64,000 nt of DNA from Neoechinorhynchus agilis (lineage: Eukaryota > Animalia > Acanthocephala): contig CM121341.1 in the NCBI GenBank assembly GCA_051530055.1, positions 17,400,784 to 17,464,783 on the forward strand, in the 5' to 3' direction. Both the position numbers and the translations under genes were made by a program. Numbering within the stretch: the stretch's first letter is position 1; each line of letters begins with the position of its first letter. Of this stretch, positions 23,546-37,479 are shown piece by piece. Below the pieces are notes generated by a model that saw only the letters and a list, made by a program, of their open reading frames with translations, did no database searches and was not told the origin of the DNA.

Positions 23546-24600
23546 CAATAAAGTACAAAACGTGCAATCACCACCGTCCGCAAAATTTGAGCTTCTCTCC
23601 TTCCTTGGCTGTCGCTATCACGCTAGCAGCATTGCCTCTTTGTACTGCGAGCGAGATTTTTTGTCGCAAGAATACACCTGCTCGTGCGTCGCCGGTGGTT
23701 TCTCTCAATTTCTTCGAGAGATCCTGGAGCCGAATGAGTGCCGAGCTACTAAGCGCTCCACCTGCTCGTGCGTCGAAGGTCGTTTCTCTCAATTTCTTCG
23801 AGAGATCCTGGAGCAGAGTGAGTGCCGAGCTACTAAGCGCTCCATACGTCTCTACTTCGAAAGGGACAAAATAGTGGCCCTTACTAAATCATTTTATTTT
23901 CGTCCCTTCCTTCCGCTGCACTGGCTGCACCTCCAGCGATTTCGAGAGTAGGGATAGTTCCTAACTGCGAGGGTGTCCACACACGTGGCGTCGAATAGAA
24001 GGCATTTGCCCTCGCGCCACGGAAAGACTGAAATTCCGTTAGGTCGGCGACCGTCTTGTCGACAAAGGGCGGGTTCCAAGATGTTGGGGAAGTTCGCCGT
24101 TCTTCATGCCCGAGAAATTACGCTATTGATCTCAGAATGACGTGAGAACCTTCCTCCTGATTTCGGCAAACGAGACCGTGTCGCCCGAAAGCATATACCA
24201 AAGACACACATCGACAGCGAGGGGGTGCATATCGGGAGACCAAGTATTAAAGACACTGCGATCCTCGTTACATCATCAGTGAGAAGAGTTCCCACATATG
24301 CCAGAGGAACAACCTCCAACCATGCTCCCGATTCTCGTGTGGAAACTGCCAACAATCTAGCTCGGACGACCCCATCGCGAGAACCTGAAAGTACAGAGCT
24401 GTGAGCTTTCGCGACGAGAGGTCTGTCCGAGATCAACTGTCTGAGGACATTTTCTTGCCAAAACAAGGTCTTGTTCAATACAAAACTTTTCCTTTCCCCT
24501 CATACGATCTGAGAAAGGCTGGCAAGGTAAGATCTACTAGCGCCCGAATGCCCATGTCGCCACGCATTATCTGAGAGCTGGGCATTTAAAATAAGCTCGA
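23546..24600 (-). mobile_element. CRE/RLE-type non-LTR retrotransposon, 3' ~1 kb, frameshifted, with an internal 84-bp tandem duplication
   Basis: VSTRESGAWLEVVPLAYVGTLL...RIAVSL; GRFSRHSEIN (zinc-knuckle region); [29 protein letters not shown] (PD..D nuclease); KISLAVQRGNAASV. The duplication starts at 23676 and 23760. Confidence 0.85.
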
Positions 24601-25929
24601 CGACAAGCCAAGCAAATATGCGCAGTAAACCGTGTGGAATGCATTCTAGAAATCACATTTCACGATCACGCACCCGAAGCATTTTGCTATTTCGTTAATG
24701 CTCAATGGGACTCACATCAGACAGGAATACTAACTCGAATCCATAAAATTTCATGCTTAGCATCTGAAGAAGCACAGTCGATCGCCTATTTGTCTGGATT
24801 GCTCCTCTTGACCCGATTTTTTGGAGCTTGAGAAAAATTTCATATTTCAATTGAAGATAAATTCGAATTCGTCTTTGTCCTCTGTGTATATGTTTGGTTC
24901 TACTCCTTTTTCGAGAAATGGAACTTTCTGGGATGGGGTGGAGAATGAATAAATATCGCTTGAAAGCTTCGACTTAGAGAAGCTCGAAGGTTGAAGTCGT
25001 CAGATGATCGACCTTTTAATATCTTCGTTTTTGAAAGAACGCGCCCATGGCTAGGCAATTTGATCGAACATTAAATGTTAAGGCATGATAGTGTTCGACT
25101 TGACGATGAAGATGAACGGCCATCTTTTTGTAGAATAGGATAAATGTACTTCTCAATTATCGATTTAATCATTTCGGCTGATAAGGAAGTCCATTTTGTT
25201 AGGCGCCCTCCTCCTGGAGCTTAGTATTTGTGTGTGACTGGGGATTTGAGAGCACTTGCTCTCGTTGGACGGAGGATAAAGGGATCGTCAAAACGTTGAT
25301 TAACTCCTTTCCGTTCACATCCATTGGTTACGAGAATCCTCCGTCATCCGGAGGATCAAGGGGTTTGAAAATAACGATATATTTGTTATTTCCGAGAAAA
25401 ATGTTTTTTGATGAACAAAAACGCGACAAGCGTGAATTTTTACACGGCATCGGTATTCCATATTTAAAATGCCTGTATCACTTACATTAAATTATTGATA
25501 AATTCATAAGCGTTTTGAAGTTCATAGCAATAATTTTTCGAACTATTAACGTCCTTTTGACAAAATCCCAGTTCACTTTGACGTGGGAGGTCACCGTTTG
25601 ATCAACCGTCTAGTTTTTGACAACTCAACGTGCTTAGATGAATCAACCAAGAGAAATGGGATCGCAAACCTAATTTTGAATGACACTAACAACCTTGATA
25701 AAGGCATAAAATTGTGAAAAATATCGGATTTAAAATAATATCATTTTAATTTCCCCGCCAGGATAAAAGGTTACTTAAATCACAATATTATCAGATATAT
25801 CAATGTTTTTGGTTCATAGCCCGAATAAACGTGGGTATTGAGTGGTTTGCACCTTAAAATACTTAAAGATGTACAATTTCTTAGTAATAAACAGCTTTAA
25901 AAACCGCGATAATCATAGTTATACAACTA

Positions 25930-26000
25930 GAAGTGTTATGTAAGTCTTCACCCGGCGAAGAATTTTTCATGAAAGTTATTTCGAACCTCATCGGGTGCCG
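25930..26000 (-). mobile_element. Partial copy of the hammerhead-bearing pseudo-LTR unit
   Basis: Minus strand cacccgatgaggttcgaaataac...cgccgggtgaagac; the CTGATGA part is missing. Confidence 0.45.
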
Positions 26001-26108
26001 ACGGACCTAAATAACATTGCCAATCATAAACTTGGTACCACACATATAGCCAGTTATACAACTGTTCAACCTACGAAATAACTCATGCGACTTAGCATTT
26101 TGTTTTAT

Positions 26109-26318
26109 TCAGTCCAACCAGACAAACAAAATAGAGTGCACTAATCCGGGGATATATCCTAGAAAGGTTAAGAAGATGTTGAAGACAACCTGATCAGTGC
26201 ATCCATCATCCATAATTGCGACAGCAACCGGTGGTAGGAAAATTGCAATTATAGTGAGAAAAATTGAACGAAGCTTAATCATAAGCGGCGTTGACGAGGG
26301 CGGCGCGGCTGTAGGCAT
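26109..26318 (-). CDS. Pmp3/UPF0057 (RCI2/Blt101/YqaE) proteolipid, copy A, 69 aa
   Basis: IIAIFLPPVAV...VFNIFLTFLGYIPGLVHSI is the family signature (LPP.AV...N..LT.LG..PG..HA). Confidence 0.9.
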   Translation of the reverse strand: MPTAAPPSSTPLMIKLRSIFLTIIAIFLPPVAVAIMDDGCTDQVVFNIFLTFLGYIPGLVHSILFVWLD

Positions 26319-26544
26319 TTTGTGTGGGACACAAGCGTCAACTCAGACGCTTAAATATTTGACCCAATTTTTCAAATGGAGGTGTCAACCGATTGTCACA
26401 TAGGTCTAATGAGAGAGACGGAGATTTTTCAAAAATGAAACACGACCTGAGCCAATCCATAGGATTCTTTAAATCGAACAAAAACATCAAGCTAAAAGAT
26501 TAGATGGCTAAGAACCAGTGAAATATCGTGTTTGAACAAAATGT

Positions 26545-29500
26545 AATTAATTCGGACCACACAAACTCTCCTGGAATCAATAACCACCAACTTTCCCAAC
26601 CGAACGAACTTTCATGTGCTGATGAAGCAGCAGGAGACGTGATCTTCAGGGCTTTAATTCAACCAAAAACTTATACAAAAATGTAATTAATTCGGAACTC
26701 ACAAACTCTCCTGGAATAAATAACCACCAACTTTCCCAACCGAACGAACTTTCATGTACTGATGAAGATGCAGGAGACGTGATCTTCAGGGCTTTAATTC
26801 CACCAAAAAACTTTAAAAAATAATTAATTCGGACCACACAAACTCTCCTGGAATCAATAACCACCAACTTTCCCAACCGAACGAACTTTCATGTGCTGAT
26901 GAAGCAGCAGGCGACGTGATCTTCAGGGCCTTAATCCCACCAAAAACTTATACAAAAATGTAATTAATTCGGAACTCACAAACTCTCCTGGAATAAATAA
27001 CCACCAACTTTCCCAACCGAACGAACTTTCATGTACTGATGAAGATGCAGGAGACGTGATCTTCAGGGCTTTAATTCAACCAAAAAACTTTAAAAAATAA
27101 TTAATTCGGAACTCACAAACTCTCCTGGAATAAATAACCACCAACTTTCCCAACCGAACGAACTTTCATGTACTGATGAAGATGCAGGAGACGTGATCTT
27201 CAGGGCTTTAATTCCACCAAAAAACTTTAAAAAATTATTAATTCGGAACTCACAAACTCTCCTGGAATAAATAACAACCAACTTTCCCAACCGAACGAAC
27301 TTTCATGTACTGATGAAGATGCAGGAGACGTGATCTTCAGGGCTTTAATTCAACCAAAAAACTTTAAAAAATAATTAATTCGGAACTCACAAACTCTCCT
27401 GGAATAAATAACCACCAACTTTCCCAACCGAACGAACTTTCATGTGCTGATGAAGCAGCAGGCGACGTGATCTTCAGGGCTTTAATTCCACCAAAAACTT
27501 ATACAAAAATGTAATTAATTCGGAACTCACAAACTCTCCTGGAATAAATGACCATGAACTTTCCCAGCCGAACGAACTTTCATGTGCTGATGAAGATGCA
27601 GGAGACGTGATCTTCAGGGCTTTAATTCCACCAAAAACTTAAACAAAAATGTAATTAATTCGGACCACACAAACTCTCCTGGAATCAATAACCACCAACT
27701 TTTCCAACCGAACGTACTTTCATGTGCTGATGAAGATGCAGGAGACGTGATCTTCAGGGCTTTAATTCCACCAAAAAGCTTTAAAAAATAATTAATTCAG
27801 AACTCACAAACTCTCTTGGAATAAATGACCATGAACTTTCCCAGCCGAACGAACTTTCATGTGCTGATGAAGCGGCAGGAGACGTGATCTACAGGGCTTT
27901 AATTCCACCAAAAAACTTTAAAAAAATAATTAATTCGGACCACACAAACTTTCCTGGAATCAATAACCACCAACTTTCCCAACCGAACGAACTTTCATGT
28001 GCTGATGAAGATGCAGGAAACGTGATATTCAGGGCTTTAATTCAACCAAAAAACTTTAAAAAATAATTAATTCGGACCACACAAACTCTGTTGGAATAAA
28101 TGACCATGAACTTTCCCAGCCGAACGAACTTTCATGTGCTGATGAAGCGGCAGGAGACGTGATCTACAGGGCTTTAATTCCACCAAAAAACTTTAAAAAA
28201 TAATTAATTCGGACCACACAAACTTTCCTGGAATCAATAACCACCAACTTTCCCAACCGAACGAACTTTCATGTGCTGATGAAGCAGCAGGCGACGTGAT
28301 CTTCAGGGCTTTAATTCCACCAAAAACTTATACAAAAATGTAATTAATTCGGAACTCACAAACTCTCCTGGAATAAATAACCACCAACTTTCCAGACCGA
28401 ACGAACTTTCATGTACTGATGAAGATGCAGGAGACGTGATCTTCAGGGCTTTAATTCCACCAAAAAACTTTAAAAAATAATTCATTCGGAACTCACAAAC
28501 TCTCGTGGAATAAATAACCACTAACTTTTCCAACCGAACGTACTTTCATGTACTGATGAAGATGCAGGAGACGTGATCTTCAGGGCTTTAATTCCACCAA
28601 AAAACTTTAAAAAATAATTAATTCGGAACTCACAAACTCTCGTGGAATAAATAACCACCAACTTTCCCAACCGAACGAACTTTCATGTACTGATGAAGAT
28701 GCAGGAGACGTGATCTTCAGGGCTTTAATTCCACCAAAAAACTTTAAAAAATAATTAATTCGGACCACACAAACTCTCCTGGAATCAATAACCACTAACT
28801 TTTCCAACCGAACGTACTTTCATGTGCTGATGAAGATGCAGGAGACGTGATCTTCAGGGCTTTAATTCCACCGAAAAACTTTAAAAAATAATTAATTCGG
28901 TACTCACAAACTCTCCTGGAATAAATAACCACCAACTTTCCCAACCGAACGAACTTTCATGTACTGATGAAGATGCAGGAGACGTGATCTTCAGGGCTTT
29001 AATTCCACCAAAAAACTTTAAAAAATAATTAATTCGGAACTCACAAACTCTCGTGGAATAAATAACCACTAACTTTTCCAACCGAACGCACTTTCATGTG
29101 CTGATGAAGATGCAGGAGACGTGATCTTCAGGGCTTTAATTCCACCAAAAAACTTTAAAAAATAATTAATTCAGAACTCACAAACTCTCTTGGAATAAAT
29201 GACCATGAACTTTCCCAGCCGAACGAACATTCATGTGCTGATGAAGCGGCAGGAGACGTGATCTACAGGGCTTTAATTCCACCAAAAAACTTTAAAAAAA
29301 TAATTAATTCGGACCACGCAAACTCTCCTGGAATCAATAACCACCAACTTTTCCAACCGAACGTACTTTCATGTGCTGATGAAGATGCAGGAGACGTGAT
29401 CTTCAGGGCTTTAATTTCACCAAAAAACTTTAAAAAATAATTAATTCGGAACTCACAAACTCTCCTGGAATAACTACCAACTTTCCCAACCGAACGAATT

Positions 29501-30305
29501 TTCATGTGCTGATGAAGATGCAGGAGACGTGATCTCCAGGGCTTTAATTCCACCAAAAACTTAAACAAAAATGTAATTAATTCGGACCACACAATCTCTC
29601 CTGGAATCAATAACCACCAACTTTTCCAACCGAACGTACTTTCATGTGCTGATGAAGATGCAGGAGACGTGATCTTCAGGGCTTTAATTCCACCAAAAAA
29701 CTTTAAAAAATAATTAATTCGGACCACACAAACTCTCCTGGAATCAATAACCACCAACTTTTCCAACCGAACGTACTTTCATGTGCTGATGAAGATGCAG
29801 GAGACGTGATCTTCAGGGCTTTAATTTCACCAAAAAACTTTAAAAAATAATTAATTCGGAACTCACAAACTCTCCTGGAATAACTACCAACTTTCCCAAC
29901 CGAACGAATTTTCATGTGCTGATGAAGATGCAGGAGACGTGATCTCCAGGGCTTTAATTCCACCAAAAACTTAAACAAAAATGTAATTAATTCGGACCAC
30001 ACAATCTCTCCTGGAATCAATAACCACCAACTTTTCCAACCGAACGTACTTTCATGTGCTGATGAAGATGCAGGAGACGTGATCTTCAGGGCTTTAATTC
30101 CACCAAAAAACTTTAAAAAATAATTATTTCGGAACTCACAAACTCTCCTGGAATAAATAACCACCAACTTTCCCAACCGAACAAACTTTCATGTGCTGAT
30201 GAAGATGCAGGAAACGTGATCTTCAGGGCTTTAATTCCACCAAAAAACTTTAAAAAATAATTAATTCGGACCACACAAACTCTCCTGGAATCAATAACCA
30301 CCATC
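26545..30305. repeat. Tandem satellite, 134-140 bp unit, ~27 copies
   Basis: Unit aattaattcggaccacacaaactctcctggaatcaataaccaccaactttcccaaccgaacgaactttcatgtgctgatgaagatgcaggagacgtgatcttcagggctttaattccaccaaaaaactttaaaaaat; starts at 26545, 26685, 26822 and so on. Confidence 0.95.
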
Positions 30306-30699
30306 TTTCAAAACCGAAAGGACCTTTCAACCCCACCGGATAATAACACCCGGCCAAATCCGTAATCCACTCCCAAAGACACTAATTTTTCCTTTCAGAA
30401 CTTGAGTGTTAATTAGGACCCAAAGGGAGATAGGTCCTCTTCATTGTGAGTTTCTAACAAAACGTATTATTATTTTTGTTTTTGAACTGAAACAAGGCAA
30501 ATTCGACTTTCTAAAAATTCAATGTTCAAAAATCGGAGATAGACCGCCAAATTTATCGAGAGATTATTGCACAATAAAAAAGGCCAATGAGGTCTTTATC
30601 AATTTAAAACATAGATTACTTTAATCGTAAAAGCTTTTAATGCGCAAGAGAACTGAAGTTTAAATACTTTCAAAGATTTTATCGACAATAAAATATGAA

Positions 30700-30880
30700 G
30701 ACCTAACATATTTGAATTTTTTTATTAAAGACGCTTCAAACCTTGTCGGGTTCATCATCAGTTCTAAAATACAAGTGGTGAAAATCATTAGACGACACCG
30801 AAGCAATAGCTTGCGATGGTCGGAAAGAGCTTCGAAACATCTTTAATAAAAAAATTATTTACAGAGTGAAGACTTCTAAA
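30700..30880. mobile_element. Inverted pair of hammerhead-bearing pseudo-LTR units (same family as 14475 and 48545)
   Basis: Minus strand tagaaCTGATGA-TGAACCCGACAAGGTTT-GAAGCGTC at ~30730-30765; plus strand ttcGAAACatctttaataaaaaaattatttacagagtgaagac. Confidence 0.6.
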
Positions 30881-31214
30881 TTACACTTCCAAGTCTAAAT
30901 ACAAAAATAGGGATAAAAAATATGAAAGAAAGTTTCCAATGAGCGTCCTTAATATCGTTATCAGGGTCGAATGTATTAGATTTCAGGCTTTCGAAATTTC
31001 GATTTCTGAAATTACTAATATTTGAGCCATCGTTTCTAGTCAACCTTTTAAGTAAAACAATTTCTAATGAGCGTCCTGAATAACTTTATCGGGGGTTGGA
31101 TGTTGGAAAATGTGCGATTTCAAGCTTTCGAAAGTTTGATTTAAGAAATCGTGTATTTTTGAACCATAGTTTTTGGTCATTTTTTTAAATCGCGTCGACC
31201 TCTCTCTCGTCGTC

Positions 31215-31315
31215 GTCAACCGTCATCCTCCGGATCTGTCATCCACTCCAAATTCCGGATCCATCATCCACTCCACTCCAAATTCCGACTCCGTCATCCA
31301 CTCCAAATTCAGGTG
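31215..31315. repeat. Short degenerate GC-rich minisatellite
   Basis: Three copies of catccactcc(..)aaattc with cggat/cgact spacers. Confidence 0.5.
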
Positions 31316-31925
31316 ATCACGAGGACTCAGAGGTAAATGGTTCCTTTTCTTTATCAAAATAAAACGTTTTATAATTTTTTCATCACTTCATGCACATAGA
31401 GATTTCCTGTCGAGATTCTAAGCTTATATGTAAAAGTTTCAACAAAATAACGATGTTATAATATATATTTCTTGCTCTGTCGTGCCAAATAGCTCTCCTG
31501 TTAATATTAAGACTTTGATTGATAGATTTTAACGTCACAATTGAAATTTTTTATCTTTTGTAAAAAGGTCCATGAAGTTTTGAATTGTTCTTGCATTTCC
31601 GTCAGCGATGACTGCAACACCATGACGACTTCGAAATTACGGTGCGCTGTGTGGAAAAGAGGAGCTTCTTGGTCATGAGTATTATAATGTTCAATACCGT
31701 GTAATGAACGATTTTTCATTTTTGATTACGAGTGCAAGTGAGCGAGAAATGAATTCACGCTTTTAAAACGATCTATTAGTTCACTTTTGTACTTTGTAAT
31801 CTAATTATAATTATCATTCTTTTTTATTTGAAGTTCTATTAATTTATTAAATCGTTTTCGCATAGTTCCATTTCACTTTTACATTCGCTTTTAATCTCGC
31901 CTTCTATGCTTGACCCATTTTAAAG

Positions 31926-34900
31926 ATGTTATCCCGTCGAGTTCCAATTACAACAGAGAACGTCCATGAAGCCCGAGCCGCTGGTAATTGGCAGCTTGCA
32001 CTTAAGTACGCCATGAAAGTGGTTCCCAAAGACAACGGTTTTCTTATTATTCTCGATTATATTTTTAATATTATTATGTAGACCTATGTCAATTGGTGAA
32101 AATCGAAACAGATATTGAAATGACGATTATGACAAAAGGGATAAACCTTGATCTTCGTAGACTTCCTGGAAATGAAACCAGCAAGTGGAATGAATCACTT
32201 GACTTAAATTACGGAAGTGATATTTCGGTGGAACATCAACTCACTACGATAATACCAAATGCATCAGTACGGTCATAATTTCTTCTTTTGGTAACATAAA
32301 AAATATTCCTTAGATTGGTTTGGATGCGAGATTATTGTCAATAAAATATATGTTCATGCAGATGCAAATCGATAAGCTTCAAGATGAAATCGGTGAGGAG
32401 CAGTTGGAAAGGATTGAAGGGAAATTAAAAAGTGTCCAAGATTTATGGCATCATTATCGTCTTTGCAGTCTCCTAGCTGATGCGTTTTGTGTAAAAGGTA
32501 ATCGTTCACTCGTCTAGGTGTATAAGTCACCAAAGTCTAAAGGAATTTTACTGGAGGCAACTAATCTAAACCAAACTTACTTCATGGGACCAAACGCCGA
32601 CTTAGCTTTTGAACAATTCCGTAAATCTGCAGAGCTGGCTCTTCGTTATATGCGAGAGTTATCGGAGCTTATCATGTCTACTCAATCGCAAAAATCTGCT
32701 GTACTCACTGTCGGAAGTCGAGTGGCCGAAGAAGCATTACGACGGATTCCTATTTACCACATAACTAAACGGTACTCTCTCTTCTATAGAATGTTAAAGA
32801 TTTCTATTAAGAAATGGCACAGCAATCTAGAGGAAGCGATATCTTCGTTGCGAAGGTTCATTAAAGAGCTCAATCAAACCTATACGCAGGATATACGAAA
32901 GGTTACTTAATTTTCCACGTTCTCATTTCGACAACCAATTTCTTTAGTTTTTAATAGCTCAATATGCAACTACTATTTTCTCTTATTTTCGCCAAGGAAA
33001 TTTTAAAGGAGCTATAACTTTGCCGTTATTAAAAGAAATTAATTCAGCTCTGTTAGTATCTTTACTAAAGACAAGCGTTGTTCACTTCGAACATCAATAG
33101 TCCCTTCTTTCAACCACTAACAGCAGATGAGGAAACATTTCTCGCTTTAGAAGACGCACAGTTCACGGTTAGTGCGTTTTGTTCAACATGAAAAATACTA
33201 AAAGCAGTCGTTTTCATCTTTAAGTATATAGACAACGCTGTAATGGACGAGTTTCCAGAAAATGAAGAAGCTCGAGAAACGAGTCGTCAAACAGCATTCT
33301 ACACAATTGATATGTTTTGTCTTTTCTGTTCAAGATTCGGGATGTTTGAGAATATCGTTGAGGTTCGCTCCATATTACAGTTTGCTTTTTAAATCGTGTC
33401 ACTTAGAGCTACGAAGAAGCACTCAAGATTTCCTTTCAAAATGCGGATGCTTGGTTCGCTTACGGACTGTCCTTAATGGCATCTAAAATGGTTAGTTCTA
33501 AAAGTCTGTAAACGACCAGATTCTCTATCTCCTGATATTAGTACTATAAGGCGTATCTTGTTTTAAAGGAATGCAGTTGTATTGAGGGATGCAATATGAA
33601 CGTTCATATTTTAGTGGCTCAAATCTGTATAGACCATCTCGCCCTTGTAAGTATTTCTTCAATCTACGCAGCAGCCGTACTCCTTCGATAACTTTGATTT
33701 GTTTTTATGTATTTCTTGTCTGTAGTTACAAGAAACGTATGGTTTCGCTATATCTGAGGACTTTAATTGAAAGATAAACACTTAGAACTTAGTAGAGAAG
33801 CGAAATTATATTTTAAACAGGTATTTGCCTAACCATTAAAGCTTAGTTTCTGCGTTAGTTTTTATGTGCAAATAAAGTCTTTTCTCTTTGAGTGTCTACA
33901 CTCACTTTAAAGATTTTATTGCCATTTATGTGATTTTTATGCACCGAAGCCAGGCGAGAAGCCATGCCATCAACTATTGGATGATCACGGGAAATCAATA
34001 ATTTTCTAATGAATACGTGTGAGCGTTGTCCAATTCGATCTTATTATTAAATCACTTAGCTGCCCATTTTCCGCTGAGAATATGATAAAAGCGCGTTTCG
34101 TATAGATAGTGCAAGTGATGAGCATATTGAACTTAAGATTGAGATTAGGCTAAGCTGCTAATAATTAAAACGCTGGTGCAAATATTTTTTACGAGATAAT
34201 AGTTAGATTTACGTTTAGCTTGTACGCTAGATTTTTCATACTTTAGGTTATACTAGTTTCTATAATACGACGAAAATAGTCACAATTCCATTTTGTCTAT
34301 TGATAAGTAATTCGAATTCGTTCTTTCTTAAACCCTTTTAGTATAAGGAAGCAACGGCCATTCTGGACAAGTTAGTCGACGGGCCACCGACCGTCAACAA
34401 ATGTATGCTGATAGAGTTCTTTGAATGAGCGATTTCTTTACACTTCGATGAACGTCTATTTTTAAAGCCTTAGCTTACCGATCAGCAACAAAACTCTATC
34501 AACATATGGAGTTCCGCACTGGAAGGCCAAAAAATCGACAATATCTTCAGGATGCCCGTGCAGACATTAATGCGTTTGTTCAATTATGTTTTTTCTTTAA
34601 AAAAATTGCCTTCAATTTTTAGGGCAAAGTCGATTGATCCATTCGATACCGACGTCATGTATCTTGATGCTTATATATTAGCTGTGGAGAGGAAATGCGA
34701 GGAAGCTTTGGAAAAAATTGATTTTATGCTTAATGAACGACTGGATGATAACTGGGCATTAAAACTTAAGATTTTAATTATGACTATGTTAAAAAAATTC
34801 GATGTTGCGTTTGAGCTCACAGAAAGGTATTACCGAGAACGTGGATCAATAACAGATATAAAAAACTTTGATTTGTGGTTAGTAGTTGATCTATCCGTAG

Positions 34901-36003
34901 GACATTAAATGTTTTCTATACTTTAGGTTGTTCAAGGTACACATTTTGACCGCATGTGAAGTCATGAGCATTCAAAGGGTTATAGAGAAGTTCTTTGAGA
35001 GGATAAGGAGTCTTGATATAGGGACGGTGTGCGAAGAACTTCGATCATCAGAGGACGCTATCTATGAGAAAATGTTGACTCCTTTGCCTATAAGGGATTT
35101 GTTTGCTCCTTCAGCTACGTGCAGGTGCGATTGTTTTCTTACTATCCGAAGTAACGTTCATCAGATTTGGTTGCTTGCTGGTAAGTGTATTGAGTTTCTC
35201 TTTAGCTCATAAAGGATTAAATATCTTTCTAATACATAAGCTGAATTGTATATCCAAGCGGAAATGTACGACGATGCTAAACGATGTGTGGACGATGCTA
35301 TTGCTGTTAACCACAAATCAGCCGAAAATCATTATATGGTATCCTGAGATTTTTACTTTTCATCTAAGACTTTCAACTTCGATATCCAGATTGCTCGCAA
35401 AAACTCACTAATTGACATCACGATTATTTACTATTTAGAATTTAAATCGCACACGTAAAATACAATATTGAATTCCAATCCCTATCATACCTATCACCAT
35501 TTTTGGCATTTGTAGTTGATAAAAATCGTATGAAAATGTATCTGAGAAATCGTGGATATATAAATATATTTTTCCGAAATTTCACTTTATCTTCTCTTAA
35601 TTTTTTAAATAGCTCGGGCGCATCGAAGAGGAGTCTGGACAACCTGAACAAGCATTGGAGAAATATCAGTTCGTTCTGTCTTATCAACCCGATCACACTA
35701 ATTCTGCAAAACGGGCAGCACATATACTTCTTAATTTGAAAGACGATATGGTTCTATCTTCCTTAAATTGTCGTAACGCTCTAACGGTTGATGGATCGGA
35801 TCACGAAACATGGTAAGTTTAAATGGTTGGCTACCTTTCCAGCGCAGAGTTAATGAATGGAATTTAGGCATATTTATAGCAAATGTCTTTACAAGCAGGG
35901 ATACACCGACGAAGCCCTCAAATGTATTGAGAAAGCTGTAGATCTCGAATCTACGGTCGGGATTGTACCACTAAAGTCAATCTGTCGACCTTTGGGAAGA
36001 TAA
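31926..36003 (+). CDS. TTC7: TTC7/Ypp1 (PI4KIIIalpha scaffold, TPR protein); multi-exon with ~13 GT-AG introns, mostly 44-60 nt
   Basis: Exons join in phase to give EARAAGNWQ, ADAFCVKGILLE, KSAELALRYMREL, YEEALKISFQNADAWFAYGLSLM, AKSIDPFD..YLDAYILAVER, NFDLLFKVH, QIWLLAAELYIQ, HETWHIYSKCL...AVDLESTVGIVPLKSICRPL, matching TTC7 motifs in order. Confidence 0.85.
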
Positions 36004-36596
36004 AACTGTTTAAGTTTTTTAAATGTAGATTCCTCAATATACCATTAAATCGTTTTTTGTAGTACGATTAGATAATTTTGAACGATTGAAAGTCAATTTT
36101 TTACGCTGTGTTATTCAGCCAAATTAATGAAACAGTTAAGAAATCTTTGGAAATTTTGACTTTCCAACACTGATTTAAAATTAAGAATTTGGCATGATCT
36201 GAAGTAACCTATCTCATGCATTCACAATGCAGAATTTACACTAGTAATCCGACAGACTCCAATCAATATCATGTACTTTGATTTCTGTTTCCGTTTTGTT
36301 AAAAATGGTTTAGATGTCGAAGTTTCGACAGTAGTTTTCGCAAAAATTTCTAGAAAAGAAGATGAACTTTAAGTCAAACCTATCCAGCGTACTCAAGTTT
36401 AATGATGTCACTTGCTCAAAAATTACTCATATGGATTCTAGGCTTACATCTCCGCACTTTCAACGAGTTTCTTCTAAAACTCATTTTACACCCCCTCAAA
36501 AACACGTAAGTCGTGTGTTAATGTTTTCCTTTCTCTATATTTAAACGAGCTTTCTTGGACTAACATTTATACATACCTTCAAGAAAGACTTACAAA

Positions 36597-36767
36597 ATGG
36601 TCCTTTACACTTGCTTACTTGTGTTACTTGCCTTTGTGCTTCCACCGGTCGCAGTGTTTCTAAAGGAGGAAGGATGTACTGGACAAGTATGGATAAATGT
36701 GCTTCTGACGTTGCTTGCCTATTTGCCAGGACTCATTCATGCCCTATTCATCATTTTTAGTTATTAA
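36597..36767 (+). CDS. Pmp3/UPF0057 proteolipid, copy B, 56 aa (absent from the ORF track)
   Basis: Manual translation: MVLYTCLLVLLAFVLPPVAVFLKEEGCTGQVWINVLLTLLAYLPGLIHALFIIFSY*. Confidence 0.9.
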   Translation: MVLYTCLLVLLAFVLPPVAVFLKEEGCTGQVWINVLLTLLAYLPGLIHALFIIFSY

Positions 36768-37479
36768 TGGCAGAAGTGTGATTATTGATTAAATCAAGCA
36801 TTAATAAATCGTTCAATTGAGTACACATGGATCTAATTGTATTCGTCAGCTGATAGAATAAATTTTTTGTTCTGGATTTTGTTCGAACCCTCATCTTAAA
36901 CCTCTCATCCTTGTTTGCTGATCTTATATAAAAATGTCTTTACTCTGTTTTGATCCGATATTTCTGCGATTGCAAGTCTAATGCGTTTCTGTACTCAAAG
37001 CAGAAAAGTATCGAAATGACTTCATTTCATGTAGACTTCATTTCAAGGTAAATTTCCTTAGGTCTTTGCCTGATGCCTATTCGAGAGATTACAATATCAT
37101 AATGGTTATTGGAACCAAACGATAATAAGAATCATGAAATTCCAGAGCACATAGTAAGTATTTAATGAGGACACGATTGATTGAGGCACCAAAAAAAGCT
37201 TCTCATCGGTTTAGGTAAGGTCGGTTTTTGTAAAAGAACTGAACCTTCGGGACAAAAAGTTTTAATACTTGACTAAGTACCTTTCAAAATTAGTTTCCTT
37301 CATCGCATGTTTAGTATTTGATAGAATATCGTAGTTTTATTTTAGTCGAACTTCGGAAACCTGTGTTTCCATCCGTTTACATGAGCAGAAATTGAACGCT
37401 GTTTGAAAATATCGTAGGCATAATTAATGAATTGTAAGCGTATACTAATAATTATATCATGTACCTTTAGAGAAGGCAT

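Noticed and set aside
26615-26645. CTGATGA...GAGACGTG/GAAACGTG in the satellite unit as a hammerhead (newt Sat2-like)
   Set aside because: No stem II (AGATGCAG cannot pair), no stem I, and GAAA is present in only about two copies.
26545-30305. Satellite as a CRISPR array or as real repeated CDSs (MGKLVVI..., MIYRALIPP...)
   Set aside because: No unique spacers, eukaryotic context, and unit lengths mostly not multiples of 3; the ORFs are by-products of the repeat.
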